Under the pieces are notes generated by a model that worked only from the letters and a program-made list of their open reading frames with translations, made no database searches and had not been told where the DNA came from. Both the position numbers and the translations under genes were made by a program. This document shows, one piece after another, positions 26,061 through 39,664 of a stretch of DNA of 64,000 nucleotides (position 1 is the stretch's first letter; the number at the start of each line of letters is the position of its first letter). The DNA lies in NCBI GenBank assembly GCA_964016885.1, contig OZ024741.1, forward strand, positions 145,266,001-145,330,000, given 5' to 3'. The stretch is from Eledone cirrhosa (Eukaryota).

Positions 26061-26545
26061 TTGTGGATGCATGTAATCAGGCTTGTTTGTTTCATGTGTA
26101 TGGGTATGCATGAGTGTATGTGTGTTCTTTTAGGTTTACTTAAGTTCCAGCCGGTCACTAACAGGGTGATAAGGCTTCTTTGTTGAGTTAAGTTAGTTCC
26201 AGAGATTTGTGTGTGTGATAGTGTGTCTATAGTTGTAGGTGTATGTGTTGATATACTTGTACACTCATGTAATGGCTGTGCATAATCTCTTTAGTACACA
26301 TGTGTGTTTGATTACCATTTATGTATGTGTGTGTATGTCAAATGCAGATTATATGGCTGCATGTGTATACGTTAATTCCAGAAAAATCAAATGGAGAATC
26401 TTTGGAATGTTGTACAACCCTTCACTCTACCATTAATTGATTGGATTTAGAATGTGCGAGCCAGTTTGATTTGTTATTTTCTGAATCACCTCCCCTCCAG
26501 TTATGAGGCTTTTATTCAAATCTGTTATTACAGAACCCAGTATGC

Positions 26546-26770
26546 ATAACCCTTTTTGTTTCCATATTTCTAATGAAAGATGATTTTCAAATAATTTTGA
26601 AAATAATACAAGAGTTTAGATAGATTTAGCAACATAGCTAACTTTCTCATTAATAAGTTGGTTTTGGGACCAAAGGTTCTTATATAAAGTGTTTAAATTA
26701 ATATAAACACTTTAAAACAAACAATTTTGTTTATAGAAACAGGTGTGATTTTTGATGGTTTGATATCGAC
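26546..26770 (+). mobile_element. TTAA-CCC-ended MITE (piggyBac-like non-autonomous element), decayed
   Basis: taaccctttttgtttccatatttc..ataattttgaaaataat..actttctcattaataagttgg..atataaacactttaaaac; same family as 29172 and 36378. Confidence 0.6.
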
Positions 26771-27811
26771 AAGATCCTAGACCTCATTCACTTACTGAGC
26801 AGGGTGGACATCATCAAATCAGACAAAGAAAATGATGTTTCCATTGATCTTTCCATTGCTGATACTATCTGCCAGTCACAACTTCTGACAGAAAGAACAA
26901 CGTGAAATAAAGTGTCTTTTTCAAGGATATAACACATAGCCCAGTCCAAGAATTGAACTTGCAGCCTCATGATTGTGAATTCAACTTTCTAATTACTAAG
27001 TATTGGTATTAAATGGGTTAAAATGATATACATATGATAAGGATAGAAGAGATGTAATTTCTTCCTTAAATTACAAGAGATATTTTCTTTTTCTACAACT
27101 TTTGGTAATGCATTCACATCAGCTGTGCAGCTGACCTCTACAATAATGCACGACTTGAATAATATCAGGTTCAATGTGTATGCAGCGGATTGCTGTTTTT
27201 ATTGGAGTGTTTTATTTGTATTCATTATTTTCAAACGTGTAGATATATTCTGGTATGATCATAAGATCAAACCTTCATGCAAATAGCTTTGTAAATAGTT
27301 TTGGAAACTATGTCATGTTTTATGGGAAGGTTGCAGAGTAGCATTTTGGGGCAGCTGCTTGTGTATGTGTCTGTGTTTGTGTATATTTTTGTTTATGTAT
27401 GCTTGAGCATAGGAATAAAAAACCATCATCATCATCATCTAATGTCCATACAGATATATTTAATATATATATTCACATCTATAAATTACTCCCCTCTCTC
27501 TATGTACGTATGTATATATGTATGTATATATGTATGTATCTATGTATTTATGTATACACACACACAAATTTCCATGTATTTTAAAGACTGTTTCTCAACT
27601 AAGAACAGCAAGTGTTCTGTGATGGATATAGGGAACATAAAGTAGAACACTTTCTCTTTATGGCTGATTTAAAACTGTTTGCTTGGAATGAAGAGAAAAC
27701 AGAATGTTCAAACGTACATACAGTAGATGCTGGCTGTGATGGAATTTGTGATGAACAAAGATGGAGGTTTGATAATTTTTTCTAACACAAGGCCAGCAAT
27801 TTTGGGAAAGG

Positions 27812-28145
27812 AGAAAGTAACGTTACTTGATAGTGTGCATATCTCGGAGATCAGAGACTCACTCCAGGTAGAGCCACTACTTCTCCAAATTGAGAGATCA
27901 CAGCTCTGATACAATGGGCATGTGGTTAGAATGTCCCAGGAAAGAATTGCTGGACAGATTTTATGAGCAAATCCAACTGGCAGGAGACCCAGGGGTAGAC
28001 CTTGAGCAAGATGGTTGGATAACATCCATGAGCTTGGCTGGTTTCACTTGCGGATCCAGCTGGAGATGGCTGCTTCTGACAGGACCCACTGGAATGAGTG
28101 TTTGAGGATTCTGTCACCATGGCTCTCTCAGGAGGAGCAGAAGGA
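27812..28145 (+). mobile_element. RTE (Rex3/Expander-like) 3' fragment inserted in a SINE
   Basis: EIRDSLQVEPLLLQIERSQL*..GHVVRM..PTGRRPRGRP..RWLDNI. Confidence 0.85.
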
Positions 28146-28760
28146 GATTATATCAACCCCAATACCTGACCCGTACATTATTTTATCAACACTGGAAGAA
28201 TGAAAGGCAAAGTTAACCTCGGCTGTATTTGAATCAGAAAGCATTTTATACAGTACTCTACTCATACTGCTAAATCACTGCCCTCATGGAGATTTAATAA
28301 TGAATTCTTATTTAGGAAGAAGGCCAGCAATTTATTAGGATGGGAAGGTCGATTATATCAATCCAACTTTTTTAATGGTACCTTATTTTATTGACCCTGG
28401 AAGGATGAAAAGCCAAGTTGATCTCAGTGAGATTTGAATTCAGAATATAAAGAGCTGAAACTAAATACCACAAAGCATTTTATCTGAAGCTCTCACAATT
28501 CTTCCAAACCAACTCCCTTAAGGTTTTTCTTTAATTTAAGCATGAGGCCAATAATGTTGGTGAAGGGGTAAGTAAAAAATATCGATCCCAGTACTTTCCT
28601 GGTACTCTATTTTATTGACCCCAGTAGTATGAATGGCACAATTGACCTCAGCTGGATTTGAACTCAAAACAGAAAGTCATAACTAAATACCACAAAGCAT
28701 TTTGTCCAACACTCTACTGTTACTGCCAATCCCCTTCCCTCATAGAAGCTTAGTAATGAA
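28145..28760 (-). mobile_element. Head-to-tail run of three decayed Meta-type SINE units
   Basis: Three repeats of tattttat..ggatgaaa.gc.aagtt.acctc..atttgaa..gcatttt..actct..gccaa; similar linker ccctcatggagatttaataatgaa (28281) / ccctcatagaagcttagtaatgaa (28737). Confidence 0.7.
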
Positions 28761-29171
28761 TGGAGGAATAGAGGGGAAAGTAACATGATACAACTACTGA
28801 AAGTCACTGCCCATAATTTACAAATAATTTTGAAAGTAATCAAGAAGTTGAAACGATTTAGTAATATAAATATTTTTCATTATTGAACTAATGTTTGAAC
28901 TATAACAAAGACACATACATAAATTATGATGAAAGGCTTTTAGATAAGTATGACTACTATTTATTACCATATTTCTGATTAAAAACATTGAATCATCATC
29001 TTCATTGTTACTGTTTTACTGTTAGACAGATTATCACATTCTGAGATTAGACAGGTCAAATGACTGCTTCTTGCCCATATGTTCTTTATTGCTAGTAGGC
29101 TAGCTAAATCTGTATAGGTGTGCACTGTAAATCCCATTTTTTATTTATTCATTGTATGCTTGATATTTAAG

Positions 29172-29381
29172 TTAACCCTTTCATTACTATATGTCTAATG
29201 GTATATACTGTCTAGATGTTTCAATATTTGGAGGAATCTAATAAAATAACAAACTTATTTTGTATATTTGGAGCATAATGTAAGAAAAAGTTCTCACATA
29301 AAGTTATGATGAAAGATTATAATATAAGTATCAACACTTTCAAAGGAACAGTTTCAGTTGGGTTGGTATCATAAAGGTTAA
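29172..29381 (+). mobile_element. TTAA-bounded MITE (piggyBac-like)
   Basis: Starts ttaaccctttcattac and ends ggtatcataaaggttaa. Confidence 0.7.
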
Positions 29382-29892
29382 ATTCCCGGCAAACTGTATG
29401 ATTTTGTTTTGATTCCCACTTGTAGTGATTTTAGTTTTGTGTAAGACGCTAATGCTTTTCAGAAAGTCGTAAATACTACAAACATTAATTTATCCACTTT
29501 GGACCTTTAAACATATGGTATTACGTGTATCAACTTTAGCAGCAGATAGTTATGTCTTACAAATTAATTGATGTTGCTAGGAAATAGGTTGGTTATTCTA
29601 GGCCCATCAACTGTTATATCACTTAAAAACAATTGGGCAATAAACCAATGATAAAGGTGAGAATAAGGATGATAAAGATACCAATGCCAACGATATAATG
29701 GTAGTGGTGCATTTATTATTATTGTTGTTAGTTATGAGGTGGTAATGATTATGTGTTGATGATAACGGCGAAGTTAAGGAGGAGGAAGAAGAACGTACAG
29801 GAATATTTGAAGATGGAAAGAGCATGCCATGTCTCACAAGTTGTAAAGTTTAAAGACATCTTCCATAAAATATATAAAAACAATTGAATAAA

Positions 29893-30068
29893 TAATTGTT
29901 TCTACTTTTGGCACAAGGCCAGCAATTACCCAGCGCATTACTGGTACTTTATTTTATCAACCAAGTTAACCTTGGCAGGCTTTGAACTCAGAATGGCAAG
30001 GGCCGTAACTCTATGCATCAAAGCATAGCGTCCAACCCTTTACCGATACTGCCAATCCACCGCCCTCA
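29893..30068 (-). mobile_element. Meta-type SINE with ~18-bp target-site duplication
   Basis: Family sequence flanked by aacaattgaataaataat and aacaattggataaataat. Confidence 0.85.
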
Positions 30069-33000
30069 ACAATTGGATAAATAATATCCTTTAAACATAA
30101 ATAAATAAAATAAAATAAAACGTTAACTACTAAAAATGATAAAGAGTGTAAATGTCATATTTAAATTTGGTTACGTATGGAGAAAGGTGGGTTCAACCAT
30201 AGCTGGATTTGAACTCAATGTCTTCAGGAATTAAATTAAACAATAATATAAAATGAATCTTAATCTTTATTGACTGTAATGTATTACATTGTCTCTCGAA
30301 AGAATGAAATTAAAGATGAATCTAAAGAGACTCGAATTCAGAACTTGACTGGACAAAGCTAAATTTTATAATGTATTTAGTCTGGTGCATTTATTGTTTC
30401 AGATACATGTACCACCCTCATATCTGTATGACTATATATGTTAGTGAATAAGCTGAGTTGTTGTTGGGACCATCACCAAGGGGGCACCACCTCTCTAGTT
30501 TTCAATGGGGTTATACTTATTCTGAAACTCTATCTTATTGTGAATTACAATGCCCACTCAGAATGATCTGAAGCCATCCCCCTCCCTTCAGTAGCAAAGC
30601 CTGGAGATGGGCCTGGTTAGAGTGTTGGATAGAATATCTCATGGAATTTGTTCTGGCTCTTTGCACTGAGTTCAAATTTAACAACGTTTAACTTTACCTT
30701 TCGTATTTTTAAGATCAATAAAATAAAGTAGCAGTCTATGGTGGTGAATTGGCGGAGTTGCTACAGCATGAAACAAAAAGCTTTGCTTTATCTGTTGCAG
30801 CACTTTGAATTCTGATTCAATTACCACTAGTAGCCAGTAGGCAGAGCTAATCACCTGAGTGCAGAACCAGAACTAATTAGGAAAGCAACAATGGGTGGAG
30901 AGAGATGCCATCAAACAATGATGATGATAAAGTCTATAGCTATTATTTCAATATTAATTATTTTTGAAACTAGTTGACACTTTTCTTTGTATTTTCTACA
31001 TTAATTAAAAGAGAGATTTCAATGCTATATTTTGTATCTTATCATTCAATGGTGACATGATGGTATCTTTATGATATTGCTTTTGTTAAAAGGGAGAGAA
31101 ACAAAAACAACATGGAACACATCCTTATACACCATTCGTGGAACAAAGCAGTAAATAAAATAAATAAAAAATAAAATATACCAAGGAAATGTCAGGAAAA
31201 TTTATCATAAGAATATTGTGAAGTACAATGCATGCATGAAATGGCAATTCATTAATACTACTCCTTTTTATCACAAATCGCTGACACAATAAAACCATTG
31301 TACATTCATATAAATCATCAAATTATTTCTTCTTTGTATGAAAGAAACTGAAACGGCAATTGGTTATCCATATTTCCACTTGTCACCAAAGCTCACAAAA
31401 CATTTTTCTCTCTCTGTTCTCTCGTTCCTCTTTATTTCATCCTGCATTGCAGTTGCTACTGTATTCCTCTTTGCACTAGTGATTCTAATTGCTTTTGTTA
31501 CTGCTACTGATGATGATGATGATGATGGTAATGGTGTCGTCGTTACTATGCATATTATCATTGTTGTTGTTATTGCTGTAAATAGTTTCACCAAATAAAG
31601 ATGGATGAATTATTAAGATATGAGAGCACATATGTATGTATATATGTATGTATGTATGTGTGTATATGTTTATATGTATGTATCTCTTAGTGGCATTTTA
31701 TGCGGACATTAAGTAATATAGAAAAGACATATGAAGAGATGCAATATGCTGCAGCCTAAAAGTTAAGGAAATTGGCAAAATGTTGTTTCATGTATGCCAA
31801 AAAGGTTATAGGCCCCCATGGTGAATATGAAGCCTGCCATGCCCCACCACCCACAAAGCTAACTGATTCTGCTTTAGCAAAAACAATGGCATGGCTCCTT
31901 TCATCACTATATTTCTAATAATTTCCAAATTAGCTTTAAAATAATCTAGAATTAAAAGGGATTTAGAAATATAACTAAATTTCTCCATATTAACTGGTGT
32001 TTGGAACATCACTCTACAAAAGTTCTTACACAGAATTATGATTTTGACATAAATATAAACACTTTAAAATAAAATGTAGCTTATTGGGCAGTTTCAGGCA
32101 GTTTGATAATGTGGATGATTGTTGTATGGCTTCAGTAATTCAAGTTCAATTCTCAGTTACAACTGTTTTAAATTATTTACACATTTTATAAAATAATTAG
32201 CATAATACCCAGACCTGTCAACTCTCCCCGTCTGACAGGGAGATATCCAACCCACTTTAGGGTGGGTGAGGGATGTCTTTTCTTGTGAAAACAGATTTCT
32301 TGTGTTTAATTATAGTGACTATTTATGTCCTCAAATACCAGTGACCATTTATGGTCATAATATTTAATCAACCTTGTCGAGTCAATTTCTCACAAACTGC
32401 TTCAGTTTTAAATTAGTTCTAGTTAGCAATGCTCATAAAAAATTTCACTGTCAATAATTTTGTGAATTCTAAGACAGTAGAATATTTAAAAGAGAAAAAT
32501 ATAAACTTTTCTCTCTGTTTGCTTCATTTGGAATATTATTTTCAAACACCTTTCATTCTCATCACCATCGTCATTACAATCATCAACATCACAATCATCA
32601 ACACAATCATCATCATCACCATCATCAACACCTTTCTCACTGCCATCACCCTCCTCACCTTTATTACCATCATCTTTATAACCATCACCATCATGACCTC
32701 TTTTCTCATCATTACTATCAGCAATAACAACACCATTCTCATTACCATTAGACCTATCATCATATATATGAAAACATTATTCACTGTTTTCAATACAAAA
32801 ACAACAACAAAACACTACAGCAACACAACACTGCCAAACAACAACAGAACAACAACAATACTAAACAACAACAGCAAACAAACGAAGAGCTGATATTTAT
32901 CTTTAAACGTGACAGAAATTTCTCAAATTGCTTCGCACATTTTTCTGATGCTGAAGATGATCAATATAGATATATACTGTTGCTAATTATTTGATCAATT

Positions 33001-34650
33001 TAGGCAAGTGGGTGAGAAATGGAAGAGGAAGGTAAAATAATGCTGACACTGGCAGGTGGGTGTTAGGGGAATTGTAAAGTGATTTTGACTCTAGTAGGAT
33101 TAGAAATTAGAACTATAAAAATAAGTCATAAAAAAGACAAATTATTTATAGTAAAAAAATAGAAAAAAATGTCTAAAAAGAAAAATAATAACCCATCAAA
33201 ATAGTAAACAAAACCATTGTCATAATTATTCTAAGAGTTTTCTTGATTGAAGCTAAATATTCTTAAGTGATATTGGTGATATAATACTGTTAATACCATT
33301 AAGACCATTCTTTAGTGATGTCAGTGATATCTCACCATTAATATCATTTTAATCAGATATCTAAAAAGATAAATAAAAAAATCAGTTTTATTTGATATGT
33401 ATTTTATTTGATGTCTGCCCACTAAATATTATTATATCTTTATCTCATAATCAATCAATCGATTTAGATCAGTCAGTAGTTATGTATTTCATGCAAGTTT
33501 GATTAACAGTTGATTGCCTAAAATTTCATAGTCAGATGTATCCATCAATGAATGATGCTGAGAAATTCATAATCATACCAAGATTTGAACCCAATGGATG
33601 AATTATTGGTGGATGCACTGGATTTTACTGGCTGTTCTAGGTGACTATGCATACATCTTGTAGCCTATGGTGTAGTGTCACTCCTCTTCTTTTTTACTGA
33701 TAATTGTATTTTATGAATTCTTATACTACACCTAAAATATAGTAAGTCATTTGATACTAAATCACCTTATATCTATATTACAAAATTGCTCATTTTAAAA
33801 TGTTTATCCTTCTATTAAAATCTTCCATCATAATTTTATTTTAGACATTTTTGTTAAGAATGCTCTAAATATCAACTTATTAATGAAAAACTCAATTATT
33901 TTATTTAATTCTTCCAAATGTTTGGTTATTTTCAAAATGAATTGAAACATGTAGGCAGTGTATTTCATTAGAAATACAGTAGTGAACGGTTTAAAGTAAC
34001 TGTTAAAACCATTGATACACTAGAAATATAAGAATTAAGGAGACAATACTTATCAGTATATTAACCCCTTCAGCAGATGTGAATTACAGCAGATGTGAAT
34101 TACATGAAGCTGATTGGCTACTGTGATTATATAAGTCAGTACATATCACCACCCTTCTAACCCAATATCTACTCAGAGGAGCCCAGCTCACCACCAGCAT
34201 CAAATGGCCTTTTCTTTTTCTCTTGAAAAAGTGGCTTTAACTCGAAAGTATCATGAAACATAACACAAAAGTGTAAACTGCTTTGTCTAACTCTCATTTC
34301 ACTTTATTTCTAATTCACACTCTACTGGCTTTTCTGAAACAATTTTGAAAAATATACAAGTTGCATCTGTTATTATATGTAGATGTTCTTGATAATGTTA
34401 ACTATTCAACCATATAATGTTGCCTACCAAGTATAAAGGATTGGGAAACCTATACATGGGAAACCTATACAATTAACAATGGACCAACCATCTACATGGT
34501 TACTGAACCTGCTAGAAACAGAATCAAGAATTCCCTTAAAGTATGCATTATCATCTAAAAAGACACACACATATAGAAGAAGCCATATTATAAGATTAGT
34601 TTTGAAGAGGTCATATTGATGGAAACAGATCTATAGACCTGTGAACTGTT

Positions 34651-34932
34651 AAAATGAGAAAACCCATTGCTAGAACAACCATTAAAACAGCTACATGCTG
34701 TCAAAGTCAGTGATGAGCAGAAATGCCTCAGAGAACAGTATCCAGTGATTAACAGAGAGACAATCCACAAGGTGGGTGAGAGGCAGATGAAATATTGTCA
34801 CCCATCTTGTGGATCGTCTCTGTGGACCACTGGCTAATAATCTCTGTTCTCTAAGGCATTTTTGCCCATCGCTATCTCCGACAGCATTTAGCTGTTTTAA
34901 GGGCTGTTCTAGCGATCAGTTTTATCATTTTT
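34651..34932. mobile_element. Foldback MITE-like element, diverged arms
   Basis: gctagaacaaccattaaaacagcta.atgctgtc..aaatgcctcagagaacag..atccacaaggtgggtga pairs with tcacccatcttgtggat..ctgttctctaaggcattt..gacagcatttagctgttttaa..tgttctagc. Confidence 0.8.
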
Positions 34933-35530
34933 ATATGTATTCAAATACACTGTCACTTTGTTCATCTATATCAGAGATAAAATTGTTTTTTCATTTCACT
35001 GTGAACTATTATTATGTTGGAACTGCTATGGTTGCTAAGATCTGTGTTGAAGAAGTATCATACTTAAAAGGTTTTTCCTTCTTCTTACACTGAATCATTG
35101 AGTTGTGTTACAATTTTACTTGTCGTATTGTTTCTATTCTCTGTTCACTATTCATAAATCATAAGTGAATAATAAACGTCCTGGGTAGAAGATGTCTTGG
35201 GTGACAGATGCAATCTTTCACAAAGTTTAACATCACAAGCATTCAGAACAGCTTCCTGGATTTGAGGAAAACTTTGATCCACTTCACAGTCTTAGAATCA
35301 CTGAATAAGGGTCATGACAACTGTCTCCATGACTAAAAATTATTTCAAAATTATTTGGAAATTATAGGTAGTGTTAAAAGGGTTAATATCTAAAAGGGAT
35401 ATGAGCACATATATTCAATACTAAACAGTAAAAAAATAAAATATATTTTTTTCTCTACTTTCCCAATCTAGATGTTTCTCACTGTTGTTCCAATGTGAAG
35501 CAGTTATATGTGTTACACTGGTTTGATATG

Positions 35531-35738
35531 TAACATCCTGTAATGAATTAGCAGAAAATGTCTAAAAACTATATTTTTAATTCAAATGTTTATAGTAGCA
35601 TTGTGAATACTTACAGTATTAGAATAAATGCTTTAATTTTTAATGTGATGCATCACACCAGAAATTATAGTGCTGTTTTGCACTTTATATAATGCCTTGC
35701 TAATGTGGTTTCATGCGGTACAGGATGGTAAGAGTTAA
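35531..35738 (+). mobile_element. MITE with (ttaac)tcttaacatcctgta-type termini
   Basis: taacatcctgtaatga..tacaggatggtaagagttaa; second copy at 38785-39000. Confidence 0.65.
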
Positions 35739-36377
35739 ACATATGAATCAGTGCTATACAGACCTCTTTTTATACAAGAACTGCAATGAGAGAAGAGTGA
35801 TGTTCCTTACAAATAGACTTGTTATTAGCATGTCAAACTGACTTTATCGATCATTCACATACCTCAATATATTATAAAGAATGTATGCATACTACAAGTA
35901 GGAAGCCACAGTTTTATACCCAGGTAGTTGAAAATTTATGTAAGGAAACATCTTTTCATGGTAAAGTTCATAGGCAATGTCACTTTACTGAAATTTGTTG
36001 TTTTTAGCTCCAGACAGAAAAACTAAACATATTGTATACCCCTGGGCACTGCAGTAGACATTGGAAAAGTTTACTGATTAGAAAAAATTATTCATTGAGA
36101 ATAATATGTAAATTAGTACAATGTTTTAAGAAAATAAGTATGTTTTTTGAAGAGGTAAATAAAAGAAAATGTAAGAGTAAAATATTCTTTTAAGTTCTAT
36201 ATTTGTTTATTTTTTGCATATTTTTATGAAGCTCTCCTTGAATCATATTCTAGGTGGTTTGGTCGTAACAATTCTGTCTAAATCAACATTCCAACACAAA
36301 CTGAAGATTGTGGGCATCTTTTAAAATCAGCTTATCAAAAATATATTGAATCCATGTGCTCATATCCCTTTTAGGTA

Positions 36378-36615
36378 TTAACCCTTTTAACACTACCTAT
36401 AATTTCCAAATAATTTTGAAAATAATCAAGAATTTGGAGAGATTTAGTCACATAATTTTCTCCTTTCAACTAGAGTTTTGAGAATAACGTAACAAAGGTT
36501 TTTGTAGAAAATTATAATGAAATGTTTTATGATAAATATAAACACTTTAAAATAAAACAGCTTTATAACATAGAACAAGGGTAGGTTTCAGATGTGTTGG
36601 TATCAAAAGGGTAAA
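36378..36615 (+). mobile_element. TTAA-CCC-ended MITE (piggyBac-like)
   Basis: ttaacccttttaacac..gttggtatcaaaagggtaaa. Confidence 0.7.
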
Positions 36616-37939
36616 TACACCTGGGCAAGACTATATACTACTGCTACTGAAAAATATTCTATTTCTAATGTGAAACAGTACATATGATTTTTAATTAAAT
36701 TTGAAAATAATCAACAATTTTGAGGGATTTAGTAATATAGCTAACTTTCTCATTATTAAGTTGGTGTTTGAAACATAAATTGTGATGGAAGGTTTTTCAA
36801 TAATAATAAACATATTAAAATATGCATCTTAGAATCGTTGAACCAGTTTGAGGTAACTTAGTATTATGGAATGGTTAGTTTTAGTAGGAATAATAAATAA
36901 AAGTGATATGGAGAAAGGAAGCTAAAGGAAGAAAACTGTTGAAACTTAGAAGTTATTGTTTTTTGTCTATTGTTTTAGTGAAAGGGGAGTGGATTAACAG
37001 AATCATTAAAGAGTTGAACAAAATGTTATGCCTATTTGTGTTTTGTTTTCAAATTGAACCAAAGTCAATGTTACCTTTCATCAATTCCGAGGTTAGTAAA
37101 ATAAGTACCAGTCAAACACTGGGGTTAACTTAATTAACCTTGCCTCTCCTACAAAATTGCTGGCCTTGTTCCTAAATTAGAATCTATTATCATTGCTATT
37201 TTCAAATTATTATTTTTGGGATATTAATTTAGGATCTTATTAAAACTAATATTAAATGGAACTACATTAGTGGAAGTCTTTAGATATATATATATATACA
37301 TATATATTTGTTAGTCTATTCCGCAAATCTTACTTTGTATACAAATACAAGATAAAGACAGGAATACATAACATTGGTTCATATTGTATAATATTTATGA
37401 AATCACCCCATCATATGAAACACCATTGTTTGTATAAGGAATCAATATAAAATGACGCCAAAGGATCATTGAAACATACCCAGCTATTTCGCAATTATTA
37501 TATTGATCAAGGCAAAGCTTTTTCCTAATGAGCCTTCCCCAAACAAGATCAAACACTTTAAATCGACGATCCCCCTCATAACAAGCTGAGAAATTGAATT
37601 CTTTTGTCACCCATCACAGCCTTGAAGAGAAGAACTTTCACAATTGAATTAGTTTACAAAAAAGCTATGGAAGTTAGGCAGCGAGATGAGAAATATCTAA
37701 CATCACATCCATGCATCCTATTATGTACCAATGAATAGCCTGCTTTCCATATACCAAGCAGTTCTAGACACTAACACATTTACACTGGCTATCATCATCA
37801 TCATAATCATTATCTTCAACATCATCATTATTACTTTATGCCTGTTTTCCCTGCTTGCCTTCTCAGCCTTCTCCCTAAAACACCAGCCAGAACTCTTGTT
37901 GGGGTACGAATTGTTGGTATTTTAGTTAGAAGTCCAATA

Positions 37940-38225
37940 TACCTAACATCTTAGATGTCTTAGTCTTAGGTTCTTCTGCGCTGTTTGGCGCATCAAACAG
38001 TAAGTAATCACCAACTGTCACGATCAGCGGCAGATTTTTTGCGTCCATGCCAAGTGATGTTGGCTGCCATCCAGTCTTTTCAGAACGTTCATCACCAGGT
38101 GATCCTAGGGCAACCCCGCCTTCATTTGCCACCAGGTGGAGTCCAGTTCATTGCTGTTTTTGAATGTTGTTCATCAGGCAGGTGCAGAATATGGCCAGCT
38201 AGGTGGCACCAGTGCTCCCTGACCA
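37940..38225 (-). mobile_element. RTE-clade 3' end, decayed
   Basis: Minus strand LAGHILHLPDEQHSKTAMNWTPPGGK*RRGCPRITW, with a (ctaaga)-like tail. Confidence 0.7.
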
Positions 38226-38784
38226 TCCTCTGTATGTCTCTCTATCTTTGCTGTGCTCTTCCAGGTTTCGCTCGCGTAAAGCACTTAGATAACTAACATT
38301 AATACCCAGGTTTTCTATCAGACCATTGAATATACGGCTGTCTGTCTGCTTCCCTCTCTCTCTATATATGTAAGTATATATTTCAAGACAAAACTCCCTT
38401 TTGAAGAAAGCATAGGGAGAACTACTAAAGCTTCAACTGATCCAAGTCTTTTAGAATACTTTATGACAAAGCAATGATCATATTTCAAACTTAAATCACC
38501 TCAGTGAAGCATATTGACTGAGTAAGTTGACTAGTCTTACAATGTGGCCAAATATATAGAAAAGGGGAAATTGTGTTGATATTCTGTGCGTCAACAAAGG
38601 GTGGTGTAAATTGCTTCAGGGGAGTGCTCAGCTTAACGTGCATGTACAGAGAAATATATCTATCTGTGCACACATAAAACACATATACCTATGTATACAT
38701 AAAATACATACATACACATATAACATGCACACACTGAGATACAAATAGAGAGAGAAAGAGATGGTGGAAGGAAGAATGATGAGT

Positions 38785-39000
38785 TTAACTATTAACATCC
38801 TGTAATGATTTAGTAGAGAATATCTATAAACAGGGTTTGTTAATTCAAATGTTTATAGTATCTTATTGATTGTTGTAAAGCTTTGCAGTATTGAAGTTAC
38901 AGTTTTAATGTGATGCAGCCATAGTGTTATTTTCTACTTTACAAGTATGTTTAGCTAATGTATTGTTGTTCTTTTTCTGTGGTACAGGACATTAAGAGTA
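38785..39000 (+). mobile_element. MITE, same family as 35531-35738
   Basis: ttaactattaacatcctgtaatga..tacaggacattaagagtaa. Confidence 0.65.
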
Positions 39001-39664
39001 ATTTTTTATTTTAGGAGTTAATATTGCCTGAAATACAAATCCATTGGTGACATGTTACAATAGCAAAGCTCATTTCCAAGAGTAACCATTGTAACCATCG
39101 CAACTGTAAAATTCACAATCATTTCAATTTCAATGACAATCTTTTCTGGACATTTTGAAAAATCAGTTTGGTATTAGCCATTCACTTAACCTGTTGACCT
39201 TTACTCCAAGATCATAAGATTACTATTATGAAAGGATCCATAGAAAAGCCAAGAGGTAAAAAAATCCATTAGGAATATTCACAAATACTGAGATTTTTAC
39301 AAGGGGCATGTTGTAAAAGCATTTGCACAATGCTCCATGCAAAACAAAACAAAAAACACAAATGACAGATGATGGAAGACAGTAAAATATATTGTAATAA
39401 AAGAATATGTTTGAAACAACAATTGAACTAATTGAAGCTTAATGTTGTTATGTTCTTTAAAATATCTGGAATTTAAAAAATAGCTGACCGTTAGAGTCAA
39501 TAGAATGACACTGAAAAGTGGTTGGTAAGAGGAAGATCATCCAGCTGTAAAAAACATATTCAAGCAATATTGGCATGATTTGAACTCAGAACATAAAGGG
39601 ACATAACTCTGTGCCACCAAGCACTGACACTTTACCAATGCTACCAATCAATTTGCTCTTGGAT

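Noticed and set aside
24593-26186. Many long ORFs rich in YI/CV/HT/M
   Set aside because: These are translations of microsatellites and (GAT)n-like low-complexity DNA.
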